In this document: positions 40,849-50,997 of the stretch, in pieces
Position numbering within the stretch: the stretch's first letter is position 1
Layout of the letters: the number at the start of each line of letters is the position of its first letter
From: an uncultured bacterium
GTDB lineage: Bacteria; Bacteroidota; Rhodothermia; Balneolales; DATFMH01
DNA length: 64,000 nucleotides
Reading direction: 5' to 3'
Assembly (NCBI GenBank): GCA_963712305.1
Contig: CAVQHI010000002.1
Span: forward strand, 1,705,075 to 1,769,074
Notes under the pieces: model-generated
Seen by the model: only the letters and a program-made list of their open reading frames with translations
Database searches by the model: none
What the model was told of the DNA's origin: nothing
Made by a program: the position numbers and the translations under genes

Positions 40849-41661
40849 TCAATCATCTTTCTCATCAAGCATATTCCTGAGCCTGTTTTTCCCGGATTCA
40901 TTAAACGAGTGTCGTGATTCATTTGGCTTACTCGCATCAGCCATGCGCAGCTGATAATTTTTTAAATCCTCATTGCCTGACGCGACAGCGTGGTACATGG
41001 ATGCTATTGCAAGTTTTACCCAAATCATCGAGATGACGATGCCGACACCGAATGTTATTAATCCTGCCAGATAAATAAGCGCTGCAACCAGACCAATGCC
41101 TAACAGTGTACCTGTATGACCACGTGTCATATTCCAGCTCATTCTGACCGATTCGATACTATCCATTTTCTCCTCAACAACCAGATAGCGGACAAATGCG
41201 AGTCTGCAGCCGAAGACGAGACCGGGCAGTATCAGTAATCCGATGCCGAGTCCTACAATCGTAAATACAAGAAGTCTTGCCATCACGGCACTGGTATAAT
41301 TTTTGAGAACCTCCAGAACGGACTGTATTTCAGGAGTATCGTTACGCGCCACTTTGAGAAAAGCATAGGAAATACCGTATGAGACAGGGTCATACAGGAG
41401 AATAAGGTAGAGAACCGTAAACAAGGATGTCTGTCGGGTAGCATTATTTGAGACAACCTGGCTATACTCCGTTGACAAAGGAAGACCGGACAAGGTGAGC
41501 AACACGAGCGAGACGGCTATAAGCAGAAGCACATCAAGGAAATAGCGTTTCATCTGATGCCATCCATTTTGATAACATGCCAGAACCGTTGGACTCACAG
41601 AGATCATACTACTCGTTGGACTGTTTCGGGACTCCATACTTCTCCTCCATTTATATATCAA
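40849..41661 (-). CDS. Integral membrane protein (DUF975 / GDPD membrane-domain-like)
   Basis: Several TM helices; GLLILPG...RLAFV.YLVV...ES.RMSW.MTRGH motif. The start may lie a few codons downstream. Confidence 0.7.
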   Translation of the reverse strand: MIYKWRRSMESRNSPTSSMISVSPTVLACYQNGWHQMKRYFLDVLLLIAVSLVLLTLSGLPLSTEYSQVVSNNATRQTSLFTVLYLILLYDPVSYGISYAFLKVARNDTPEIQSVLEVLKNYTSAVMARLLVFTIVGLGIGLLILPGLVFGCRLAFVRYLVVEEKMDSIESVRMSWNMTRGHTGTLLGIGLVAALIYLAGLITFGVGIVISMIWVKLAIASMYHAVASGNEDLKNYQLRMADASKPNESRHSFNESGKNRLRNMLDEKDD

Positions 41662-42072
41662 ATATAAGAACAGCAGCTATGAAAATACCGGCTTAGATAA
41701 ATCAATGAACATTGAGCAATTTTGGTTATTACCTCGTGCAACGAGTTTGATAATCTGATCAATGAATTTCTAATTTCTGATTACCAAATTCCAAAATTCT
41801 ATTCTTTCATGTTCATTAGAAATAATTAGTAATGTAAGCATTTGTGTGTGCTATAGGTGATCGTTGGATATTGAAAGGCCAATTGTGATTTTGCAGTATC
41901 CTGAATTATTTGAAACGATCTTAAATAGAATAATTTACGGGGGAGACAAAGTATTCATAGATCGATGCAAGAGGAGCCAGAATGGATCGGAAAACATATT
42001 CAGATTATTTAAGATCGCATCCGGAATATTCAGAAATGGTGGCTTTCCGTAATCAAAACTCCACGTGCCAGG

Positions 42073-43026
42073 ATGGTTATAAAGTGCTCCCGATGGGTAT
42101 TTGTAGCGGTCATTCTTGGCTACATGATTTATCATTTCTTTGAAATAGGCTGGGTAAACTTGTGGAAAAGTCTACCCGTTAAGCCACTTTTTTACATTCT
42201 GTATTTGCCCCTGTTTTTTATTCTACCATTCACGGAATTATTCATTTATAAGTTTATCAGGTCCATCCCATATAAGAAACTGCTACCTCCTCTATTAGTA
42301 AAAAAGGTCTATAACAACGAGGTCCTGGGATATTCAGGAGAGGTATTCTTGTTCTGGTGGGCTCGCAAGGAGCTTGGCAAGAGCAATATCGATGTCATGA
42401 GAAGTATCAAGGACAATAATGTGATATCTGTGATTGTCTCCACGTTGTTTACTTTGATCATATTAATCATCTTTTTTGAAACAAATCCGACGGTTTCCAA
42501 CAGGTGGGCTCAGAAAATTCCTGAAAACCAACTCAATTATACTGTGATTTCCATTGCAGTCATTGCCGTGTTAGTCATAAAATTCAAACGATATATTATT
42601 TCTCTGTCTTTAGTCTCATCCCTTGAGATTTTCGGTATCCATTATCTTCGGCATGTACTGGTTGTTGTCATCCAGATTTACCAATGGCACATTATTCTAC
42701 CTGCGATTTCCCTTCATATCTGGTTTACGTTTGTGGTTGCACAGATTGTGCTAGCCATGCTTCCATTTGTTCCAAATAAAGACCTCCTGTTCATCAGTAT
42801 CAGCATTAGTATGTCGACTATGCTGGAGGCTCCGTTAGCAGCGGTTACAGCGATTCTTCTGGTAAACAGTATACTCGACCGGTCGCTTCATTTAAGCATT
42901 TATTCTTACTATGAGTTTATATTCAAGAGGAAGATGGATTTTACGGATCTGCAGGTGCCGGAAATCCTTACTACCCCGAATCCTCAACTTTCTGCCGATA
43001 TTGATTCAATACCATTGAAATCATGA
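42073..43026 (+). CDS. Polytopic membrane protein (flippase/LPG-synthase TM-like)
   Basis: Multiple hydrophobic helices; YSGE and LPFVPNKDL motifs; N-terminus uncertain (see findings). Confidence 0.6.
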   Translation: MVIKCSRWVFVAVILGYMIYHFFEIGWVNLWKSLPVKPLFYILYLPLFFILPFTELFIYKFIRSIPYKKLLPPLLVKKVYNNEVLGYSGEVFLFWWARKELGKSNIDVMRSIKDNNVISVIVSTLFTLIILIIFFETNPTVSNRWAQKIPENQLNYTVISIAVIAVLVIKFKRYIISLSLVSSLEIFGIHYLRHVLVVVIQIYQWHIILPAISLHIWFTFVVAQIVLAMLPFVPNKDLLFISISISMSTMLEAPLAAVTAILLVNSILDRSLHLSIYSYYEFIFKRKMDFTDLQVPEILTTPNPQLSADIDSIPLKS

Positions 43027-43818
43027 TTCATCAATTCCGAGCGTGCCTTGAGCTGTCAGTGATCCTGCCATGGTACCTTTCCCTTTGAGTATCCATTCGA
43101 ACAAGGCACCTATTAAGGCACCGGCAAGCGGACCAATTATGTAGATCCATGTTGTTGAAAAATCACCACGAATCAGATCAGGTGCAAAAGAACGTACCGG
43201 ATTCATAGAGGCGCCGGTGAGTGGAGCAGCCCACAGACCAGCCAAAGCAATGTAACCGCCAACGGCAATAGCACCATTTGTACCTATATTACGGGCCCCG
43301 GAAGCCGTGCCCAGAATGGTATTCACCAGACCGGCTGTAAGAACTATTTCTACAGCCATGGCTTTAATACTATCAATACCCGGGTCTGGGATTGTAGCCC
43401 CGAACGATCCCGAATCTCCAAAAATGCTATAAAGAAACACGGTTGCGAGAATACCGCCAAGAAACTGTGCCACGATATAACCAGGTACCCTGCGCCAGGG
43501 GAAGTTGCGCCTAACGGCAAAGGCTAGCGTAACCGCCGGATTCAAATGCGCACCACTGACCGTTCCCATAAAGTATATGATGGCCATTACCATGAGTCCG
43601 GGTGCAACAACAGCCATACCCAACGTTACGGATCCATTGCTTTGGATAACCTCAATGCCCCCGCCGGCAGCAACAAGGACCAACAGAAATGTACCCCAAC
43701 ACTCTGCAAAAAGGCGCTTCCATTCCAGTCTGGGATCAAGGAAATTGGGTGATTGGTTGGGATGGACCATTCGTTGTTTCTGCGCAGAGTCGAGGTGAGT
43801 TCGATTAAAGAGTGACAT
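43021..43818 (-). CDS. MIP family channel (aquaporin)
   Basis: AECWGT, SGAHLNPAVT and GASMNPVRS motifs. Confidence 0.92.
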   Translation of the reverse strand: MSLFNRTHLDSAQKQRMVHPNQSPNFLDPRLEWKRLFAECWGTFLLVLVAAGGGIEVIQSNGSVTLGMAVVAPGLMVMAIIYFMGTVSGAHLNPAVTLAFAVRRNFPWRRVPGYIVAQFLGGILATVFLYSIFGDSGSFGATIPDPGIDSIKAMAVEIVLTAGLVNTILGTASGARNIGTNGAIAVGGYIALAGLWAAPLTGASMNPVRSFAPDLIRGDFSTTWIYIIGPLAGALIGALFEWILKGKGTMAGSLTAQGTLGIDES

Positions 43819-44304
43819 AGCCAGCTCCAGATAGGTTGTGATATTCTAAGGTGAGAAAATAAGTAAGAACCAGTATCCAGTTTATGAATCTATGTGACAA
43901 AGTAAAAAACATGGCTGCTCCATGTGGTAGAAGAGATCACTATGAATTTACACTTGACCTGATCATTAAGAATGGGGGCCAAGCCCATTGATCCCGATGC
44001 TTACGAAGTGAGTAAGCATCTGCTCTACAATAAAGGAATGGTTGAGTATGATAAAAAATCCCGGAACTGACCGATGACGATTTGAAAGAACAACTACATC
44101 GGGAACAGCAAACATAGGTCCATTGCTGATGTCGGAAATGGAAAGATATCGGGCAATGGATAGCCTGAAGAGAAGGAAAAGGAAAAACCCGTCGCTAAAT
44201 AAATAACGTGAATTCGAGATAAGATAAACCTGTTCAAATACTGATTTCGCACATACAAGCGTAAACCAAGACTTGCATAAACCGTTAAGGAGTTGTCGCA
44301 TTCT

Positions 44305-44336
44305 TCCTAACACCCTGATTAATCGGGGTGTTAGGA
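44305..44336. repeat. REP-like palindrome TCCTAACACCCTGATTAATCGGGGTGTTAGGA
   Basis: Near-perfect dyad related to the 17562 family and to 11462-11479. Confidence 0.65.
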
Positions 44337-44492
44337 GTTTTTTGCTGGAGAAACTCTACTCCTTTGATTTGGAAACATAGAGGTGGTTTGATCTAAAATA
44401 AGATTAAGCCTCCTTCCTTTTTACGTATATTATACAAGGTATTGTTTCCTGCAAGCGGAAACGCTTCGCCTTTAGAAAGAGAGGAAAACTGT

Positions 44493-44930
44493 TTATCTAA
44501 TAATGATCTTAGGTGGTGACTCGCCTTTTGCAAACTCTGAGCTGCCTATGACAAAAACGGCATATTCCAGTGTATCAGCCGTAGCACTTTTCTTGACATG
44601 AAATTTAATTTTATGACCCGCTTTTACATGTTTGGTATACCCGTCCGTCAGATCATCACCATTTGAATCGGCGTCAAGAATTTTTTTGACTTTACTCGGG
44701 AATTGAAATACAACATCGGAAGCGGGGCATGTCCATGTTATTTGAGTGCCTTTACCTGCAATGATTACCGGACTGTCACTTGAATCAACGACTCTCCATA
44801 CTCCATCAATTACTTTGATGGTAAGGTCAATCTTGTTAGGGGGAGGTAGGGTGGGCGTCTCGTCATTAAAACCGTACGAGGCGAGTAGCAAAACTGCGAT
44901 GACTGTTAAAGATATGGTTTTTAGTTTCAT
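44493..44930 (-). CDS. Secreted hypothetical protein, directly downstream of the kinase
   Basis: Sec-type signal peptide; GGAGG RBS; 23 bp downstream of the kinase gene. Confidence 0.75.
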   Translation of the reverse strand: MKLKTISLTVIAVLLLASYGFNDETPTLPPPNKIDLTIKVIDGVWRVVDSSDSPVIIAGKGTQITWTCPASDVVFQFPSKVKKILDADSNGDDLTDGYTKHVKAGHKIKFHVKKSATADTLEYAVFVIGSSEFAKGESPPKIIIR

Positions 44931-44953
44931 GTAACCTCCATTATAAATGAATA

Positions 44954-47533
44954 TTATTTTAAGTTGGCAAGAATCGTTTTAAATCGTTGATCAGCAATCA
45001 GATCTTTCAATTCGGGTTGATTGATTACTTCTGACTTTGAATAGCCATTATCCAGTGCCTTTCCAACCCAGAAAAGAGCTTTATCCCTGTATCCAAGCTT
45101 CTCATATGTTGTACCTGTCCTAAACATGATCTCAGGATCATCAGAACCCAGTTTTAGAGACTTATCGATCAGCGGCATTGATTTATCCTTTTGACCGATA
45201 TCCGCATAATAGCCAGCCAGACTTGAGATGGCCTGAGAGTCTTTTGGATTTACTTTTAAATAGTCTTCAGCATATTGTATTGCCTTTTCGTATGTCGGTT
45301 TGGCCTGATCACGTTTGCCTGGAGTCCAGTAATATGAGGTGGCCAGGTTGCCCCACACCGAGTAATCGTTCTGGTTCAATTCCAGCGCTGTTTCATACAT
45401 TTTCGATGCTTCAGAATAGTCGCCCTCGATAAAGTTAAGAGTAGCGAGATTGGAGGCGGCGAAATAGTTTTTTTTCAAAGCCAGGGAACGTTTGAACATC
45501 TCACGTGCCTGTTGCCAGTTTTGCATCAGGTAGTAGATTCCCCCAAGGTTCGAGTAACCCTGGTAATTGTCTGGTGTGAGTTGAATCACTTGTTTGAACT
45601 GCTCGATAGCTTTTAAATATTGACTATTTCTGTAATAAAAAACGCCCAGATCGTTGTATCCGGCCCAATAATCAGGTTTTAATTGAATGGCTTGTTTGTA
45701 AGTATCTTCGGCTTTAACGAGTGAATTCTGCGACTCATACGTTTTGGCCAGTCCCCGGTATGCCGATGCATCTTTCGGATCGATTTCGAGTGCTGCGGTG
45801 AAGTAGGAGACGGCTTCTTTATACTCCCCGGTACCCAAATTGACCAAACCCATGGTTACTTTAACCGGGGCCAGATCTTCATTGATTTTCAAGGCCTTTG
45901 CGCATGATGACTTAGCCAGGGGCACATATTTGGGGTCTTTTTTTGCTTCGAATTTTCTCCAATAACCCTCCCCAAGAGCAGCATAAGCAAGCGCATAGGA
46001 AGAGTCAGCATTTATTGCTTCCTGGAAGAGATGTATGGCATTATCAACATTAGACTCGTTTTCATATCGCCGAAGATACGCTATTCCCTGCAGGTAATAT
46101 TCATAAGCTCCCGGGACAGTCGTTCCTCCTTTTTGAATCGTCTCGGTGAGTTGCGGGTTCAATTCAATATTCAGCATATCCAACAGCTTTTTTACTGAAC
46201 TGCTTTGCAACGATGCCAGGTTTTTTGACGAAACATCGATTATCGTAGAGTTTAACTGAACCATTTTCTTTGCATCAACGAGGTTCAGCGTTAGCCTCGC
46301 TACTCCCTGGATAAGCTGCAGGCTACCCGTGACGGCAAGATTAACGCCAAACGCTTTATTCGCTTCACCCGGACTCTCAATATTATATCTTTGAACCTCG
46401 CTGGCAGGAACCACCCACAAGTTGCCCTGGTATTTCTCCAACTCCGTAATCTTGCTGGATAGCGTCTCCATAAGTCCGTCACACAGAGCCTGGTTCCTGG
46501 TATCACCGCCGATGTTTTTAAATGGAAGTATGAGAATGTGTTGCGCCGAAGTATTTTTCCTGAAACCAAACCAATGACCAATGGAACTAAGAGATGGCGG
46601 ATATGCCAGCAGAATAGCAATCATCAAAACCGGAATACTCACAAGCAGGTAAGTCAGTTTCGACCGGCTCTTTTTAGATGATCTTTGTTTGTCTGGTGTT
46701 TTGTTTGAGTCGATTGCCTCAGTTTGATGAGCTGACTCTGTAAGATCATCAATGATGTCGCCGAAAGTGGAGTAGCGGTTTTTCCGGTCTTTTTGCATAC
46801 ACCGGTTAATGACTAGTTCTACCGGTTCGGGAATTTCAGGGGAGATTTCCGATGCCGGTTCCGGTTCCTCTTCAAGTATCGAATACATCTGGGCCTGTTC
46901 ATAAACGCCGGTAAAGGGCATCTTTCCAGTGAAAAGTTCATATAGCAATACCCCAAAAGACCAAATGTCCGAACACCTGTCGGCAGGTTCACCAGAAATC
47001 TGTTCAGGAGACATATAAGCCATTGTCCCAACAGTAGTACCCGGACTGGTGATTTGTGCCGAACCGAGGATTTTTGCCAGGCCGAAGTCCATGATTTTCA
47101 CGTTCCCACTTTCATCGAGCATGATGTTAGTGGATTTAATGTCGCGGTGAATAATCCCTTTATCATGCGCGAGTTTCAGCGCATGACAAATCTGCAGCGT
47201 AATCTGAGTCTTTTCATCAATTGTCAGATTTTGTGACTGAATAGCTTTCTTCAATTCGTTTCCCTGCAGATATTCCATCACGATGAAGATTTGATCATCA
47301 CATTCTTCAATCGCATAAATTTGTGCGATATTGGGATGATTCAATGCTGCGGCAGCCTGGGCTTCAACTTTAAACCGTTCTCGTTCTTCTGTGTTGTCTG
47401 AGATGTAACCGGGCAGGAATTTTAACGCAACTTTTCGTTTGAGCTTTGTGTCATCAGCAAGGTATACCACACCCATTCCGCCTTCGCCGAGTTTTCCCGT
47501 AATTTTGTAGTGGAGAAATGATTCTCCTATCAT
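44954..47533 (-). CDS. Membrane Hanks-type Ser/Thr protein kinase with C-terminal TPR region
   Basis: LGEGGMGVVY, VALK, HRDIKSTN, DFGLA and YMSPEQ; a TM helix; ILPFKNI TolB-N-like segment; multiple TPRs. Confidence 0.93.
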   Translation of the reverse strand: MIGESFLHYKITGKLGEGGMGVVYLADDTKLKRKVALKFLPGYISDNTEERERFKVEAQAAAALNHPNIAQIYAIEECDDQIFIVMEYLQGNELKKAIQSQNLTIDEKTQITLQICHALKLAHDKGIIHRDIKSTNIMLDESGNVKIMDFGLAKILGSAQITSPGTTVGTMAYMSPEQISGEPADRCSDIWSFGVLLYELFTGKMPFTGVYEQAQMYSILEEEPEPASEISPEIPEPVELVINRCMQKDRKNRYSTFGDIIDDLTESAHQTEAIDSNKTPDKQRSSKKSRSKLTYLLVSIPVLMIAILLAYPPSLSSIGHWFGFRKNTSAQHILILPFKNIGGDTRNQALCDGLMETLSSKITELEKYQGNLWVVPASEVQRYNIESPGEANKAFGVNLAVTGSLQLIQGVARLTLNLVDAKKMVQLNSTIIDVSSKNLASLQSSSVKKLLDMLNIELNPQLTETIQKGGTTVPGAYEYYLQGIAYLRRYENESNVDNAIHLFQEAINADSSYALAYAALGEGYWRKFEAKKDPKYVPLAKSSCAKALKINEDLAPVKVTMGLVNLGTGEYKEAVSYFTAALEIDPKDASAYRGLAKTYESQNSLVKAEDTYKQAIQLKPDYWAGYNDLGVFYYRNSQYLKAIEQFKQVIQLTPDNYQGYSNLGGIYYLMQNWQQAREMFKRSLALKKNYFAASNLATLNFIEGDYSEASKMYETALELNQNDYSVWGNLATSYYWTPGKRDQAKPTYEKAIQYAEDYLKVNPKDSQAISSLAGYYADIGQKDKSMPLIDKSLKLGSDDPEIMFRTGTTYEKLGYRDKALFWVGKALDNGYSKSEVINQPELKDLIADQRFKTILANLK

Positions 47534-47719
47534 GGTAAAGCCAATGTATCAGATTTTGGGAGAGCCTTCGAAATGCTACCTGTGAAGCAAGATATACCTA
47601 ATAAGCCATACACCACTATATTTAAGTGTAGCAACAATATATTGAAGAAATAGATAGATGGGTGTTTAATATAAAATTCTAACAGTATATGGATAATTAT
47701 AGTCATAATTAATGGATGG

Positions 47720-49048
47720 ATGTATATGGTAATCAATAATTTTGATAAATATGGTTGGAAGGATATGCTTGAAATCAACAAGCTGGAAACTGAAAATAAA
47801 AAGCTGCAGTCAGCGGTCAATGAATTAGCTGTTTTAAATGACGTTGCCACCACTGTGTCGTCAACGCAGTCGCTTGAAGAGGTGATCGATCAAATCGTAT
47901 TCAAGTGTATCAGGCATTTGCATGTGGAGGAAGGGACCATCAGTCTGCTGGATGATGTTGACGATGATCAGACATTTCATACCATGATCAGACGGCAGGA
48001 TATTACGCAAAAGAGAGTCTCATTCAGACTTGACGGGCAAGTGACAGGGTGGATGCTTAAAAACCGGAAACCTTTGCTAAGCAATAATATTCGTGAAGAT
48101 GATATGTTCCGTTTTATTAAGAATGATGAGATATCCTTCAATTCCATGCTCTGTGTTCCATTGATGATAAAGGGCAAGTTGATCGGTTACCTGGCTGTGT
48201 TCAATAAAAAGAACGCAGAAATATTCATAGAAGAGGATCAAAGGCTCTTATCGATTATTGCATCACAGTCGGCTCACGTCATAGAAAATGCGAGGCTGTA
48301 TGAAGAGGAGAAGATGCTGATTACTCTTCGTGAGGAGATGCGAATGGCGAGAGAGATCCAGCGGAACCTGCTGCCCAAAGAAATACCGCAGGTTGATGGT
48401 TATGAATTCGCCGCAACTACGATACCTGCACAAGAGGTAGGTGGCGATTATTATGATTTTATGTATCTCGATAACGGATGGCTTGGATTCTGTGTCGGTG
48501 ATATTACCGGAAAGGGGATGCCGGCTGCCATGCTCATGGCAAATCTGCAGGCAGCGCTGCGCAGCCAGACCCTCACCGGAAGTAACTGTGCCGGGTGCTT
48601 AAGAAATGTCAATAAGCTTCTTTTCCGAAGCACGGAATCTACAAAGTTTGCGACTTTATTTTACGGGATTCTTGATCCTTTCACCAATTCAATCATGTAC
48701 ACCAATGGCGGCCACGACAATCCAATACTGTTAAAAAAAGACAAAGAACCGGTCATGCTGGAGGCCACTGGGTTGCTGCTTGGCATAATGGAAGATGTCA
48801 TCTACCAACAATCAACGATCGAAATGGGATCAGGGGATATTCTGATGTTATATACCGATGGCATTACCGAATCGATGAATGATAAAAGAGAGGAACTGGG
48901 ATTTGATGCCGTGCTGTCATCAGTTAAAAAGTACCAAAATGAATCTGCGAGTGTGATCCATGATAAATTGATTGCAGAGATCAGGCAGCACGCAAAAGGC
49001 GTACCGCAGAGTGACGATATTACCCTAATGATTATCAAAAAAAAATAA
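47720..49048 (+). CDS. GAF + SpoIIE/PP2C Ser/Thr phosphatase (RsbU-like)
   Basis: GAF (LCVPL...IG.L), VGGDYYD, GDITGKG, YTDG and DDIT motifs; the real start may be ATG 47765. Confidence 0.92.
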   Translation: MYMVINNFDKYGWKDMLEINKLETENKKLQSAVNELAVLNDVATTVSSTQSLEEVIDQIVFKCIRHLHVEEGTISLLDDVDDDQTFHTMIRRQDITQKRVSFRLDGQVTGWMLKNRKPLLSNNIREDDMFRFIKNDEISFNSMLCVPLMIKGKLIGYLAVFNKKNAEIFIEEDQRLLSIIASQSAHVIENARLYEEEKMLITLREEMRMAREIQRNLLPKEIPQVDGYEFAATTIPAQEVGGDYYDFMYLDNGWLGFCVGDITGKGMPAAMLMANLQAALRSQTLTGSNCAGCLRNVNKLLFRSTESTKFATLFYGILDPFTNSIMYTNGGHDNPILLKKDKEPVMLEATGLLLGIMEDVIYQQSTIEMGSGDILMLYTDGITESMNDKREELGFDAVLSSVKKYQNESASVIHDKLIAEIRQHAKGVPQSDDITLMIIKKK

Positions 49049-49280
49049 CTATGAATGGATTACTCCTGATTGGATGATAAGGACGATATTAAGAGGGAGG
49101 GCGCAGTTGCGTTATATAGAACTGCTTATCGATTGCATGATGGAAAAACGAAAGTATACGTTAGGTGTCGCGTACAATTGTTAGAAGGGGCGATCCAACA
49201 CATAGAATAATCGCCTCGTTTCCGGCGATCCGGAACATATCACCCACGGGAAGCGGGAGAAGTAATGTGCGTACAGATTT

Positions 49281-50342
49281 TTAAACGGCGTTGGCTATGC
49301 CGGAGGGTACCCGTTCTACGGCATCTGAGGTGTAGGGACTCAGAGTTAAGTAGATATCAACCAGCTTTTCACGGATGGTGTTTTTATCGAACTGGGTCAT
49401 GAGTGTCCTGGAGATTTGCACGGCTTGTCTGTGAAATTCCTTGTCATCGATCAATCGCCTGGTGAAGTCGATAAACTCCTGGGTGTTTTTTGCATTCAGA
49501 TACGGATACTCATATAACACTGAATATTCCTTAATATCCCGATAAACCACAGGGAGTCCGGAAGCGGCGGCTTCCATGGGTGCCAGTGGACAGTTTTCCT
49601 GGTAAGATGGGAATAGAAACGTGTCTGCAGCTGCGTAGATGTACGGCATATCCTCAAGGTCGAGCATGCCGGTAAATCTGACGTGGGAAGAACAGTGGGC
49701 CATTCTTGCGTTGATGCGCGGAATACCTTCCGTTAAAGCACCAAAGGGGCGGCCGCCCACCCAAACGAAACGGGCATCCGGGATAGCATCGGCTACGTCC
49801 AGAAAATCTTCCACGCCTTTCCTTGGCTGAAGCTGGCCGACGCCCAGTACAACAAACTCATCATCCGACAATCCCAAAAGTTCACGACCTTTTTTACGTT
49901 TTTCCTGAGTACGTTTCCAGTGGTCAATAAATATGGGATTGTAAATCTTCTCGATAGGAGTATTCACACCCAATTTGCGAATTTCATTTTCAACGGTAGG
50001 TGACAGCGCGATCACAACATCCGCGTAGGTAAAGACTTTCTTGAAATACCACTTGAAGAACGGCATAAAAAATTTCCACATCGGAATGGAGCCCTTGATG
50101 GAATCAGGTATGACGTGTGCCGTGTGTACGCGTCGCCCTTTGTAGTTGCGTCCTTTCCAGAAATAATAGGGACCATAGGTATGACAATGAAACACATCAC
50201 CCTCGCCTTCTTCATTGATTACAACCTCTATATCACCCTTTTCCCGCAACAAATCGATCGAGTCCAAAAAAGCGGTATTGACACCGTTTCCTTTCCTCAC
50301 AAAAGGCGTTTCTGACACGAGATGTACTTTCAAAGTATGCAT
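49281..50342 (-). CDS. GT4 glycosyltransferase (glycolipid synthase-like)
   Basis: GVGQLQPRKGV, FPSYQENCP and EAAASGLPVV motifs. Confidence 0.88.
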   Translation of the reverse strand: MHTLKVHLVSETPFVRKGNGVNTAFLDSIDLLREKGDIEVVINEEGEGDVFHCHTYGPYYFWKGRNYKGRRVHTAHVIPDSIKGSIPMWKFFMPFFKWYFKKVFTYADVVIALSPTVENEIRKLGVNTPIEKIYNPIFIDHWKRTQEKRKKGRELLGLSDDEFVVLGVGQLQPRKGVEDFLDVADAIPDARFVWVGGRPFGALTEGIPRINARMAHCSSHVRFTGMLDLEDMPYIYAAADTFLFPSYQENCPLAPMEAAASGLPVVYRDIKEYSVLYEYPYLNAKNTQEFIDFTRRLIDDKEFHRQAVQISRTLMTQFDKNTIREKLVDIYLTLSPYTSDAVERVPSGIANAV

Positions 50343-50997
50343 ATTATGCCGTTTCCCGGTTAAACACAGATATCTCCATAAACAGGAGAACAGGTGTGGT
50401 TATTTCGATGTAATCTTAAAATGTTTGTAACTTTTTGAGGAAAAATATCTTCCTGTAATTGGTGATGTGTAAATATCAGTTAAAAAAAGATCTGTTGATT
50501 TGAATGTCCTCTGCTTTTGGAGAACGGAACTGAGACATAATATCCGATTTATCAGGCATATTATCACGTAATAATAGCCAATCGTATTGGTTTTGAAAAC
50601 CGGTTTAATGAAGTTTATTCTGGCTCTTTCAAATCGATATTCACAGTTAATGTTCAATCAGGTTTTACCACCCGAGAATACCTACCTACTACATACAACG
50701 CATGTCAATTTAATTAATTATTGTTATGAAATTGTGTAGGTCAGTGAAAATATTGTAAAAATATAAAAATAGATGGAGATGGATATATGTTTCTTTTATA
50801 ATGGAATTTATGCCAAGGTGGTTTTAAAATTCATGAAAATACTATCAACTTCTTAATAAATTAGAGTAGTTGATGGAAATTGCTTATTAAAAAGTATGAT
50901 CTTCCAATATGTTATGATGGTGACGGATGTGGTCAAAATAAAACGGCCCATAATCTTACAAGCAGGTCGTTGAAAGAATTATCAATTATAAAAAAAG

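Noticed and set aside
43966-44313. 115-aa minus-strand ORF
   Set aside because: Starts inside a REP-like palindrome, has no RBS or motif, and is probably non-coding.
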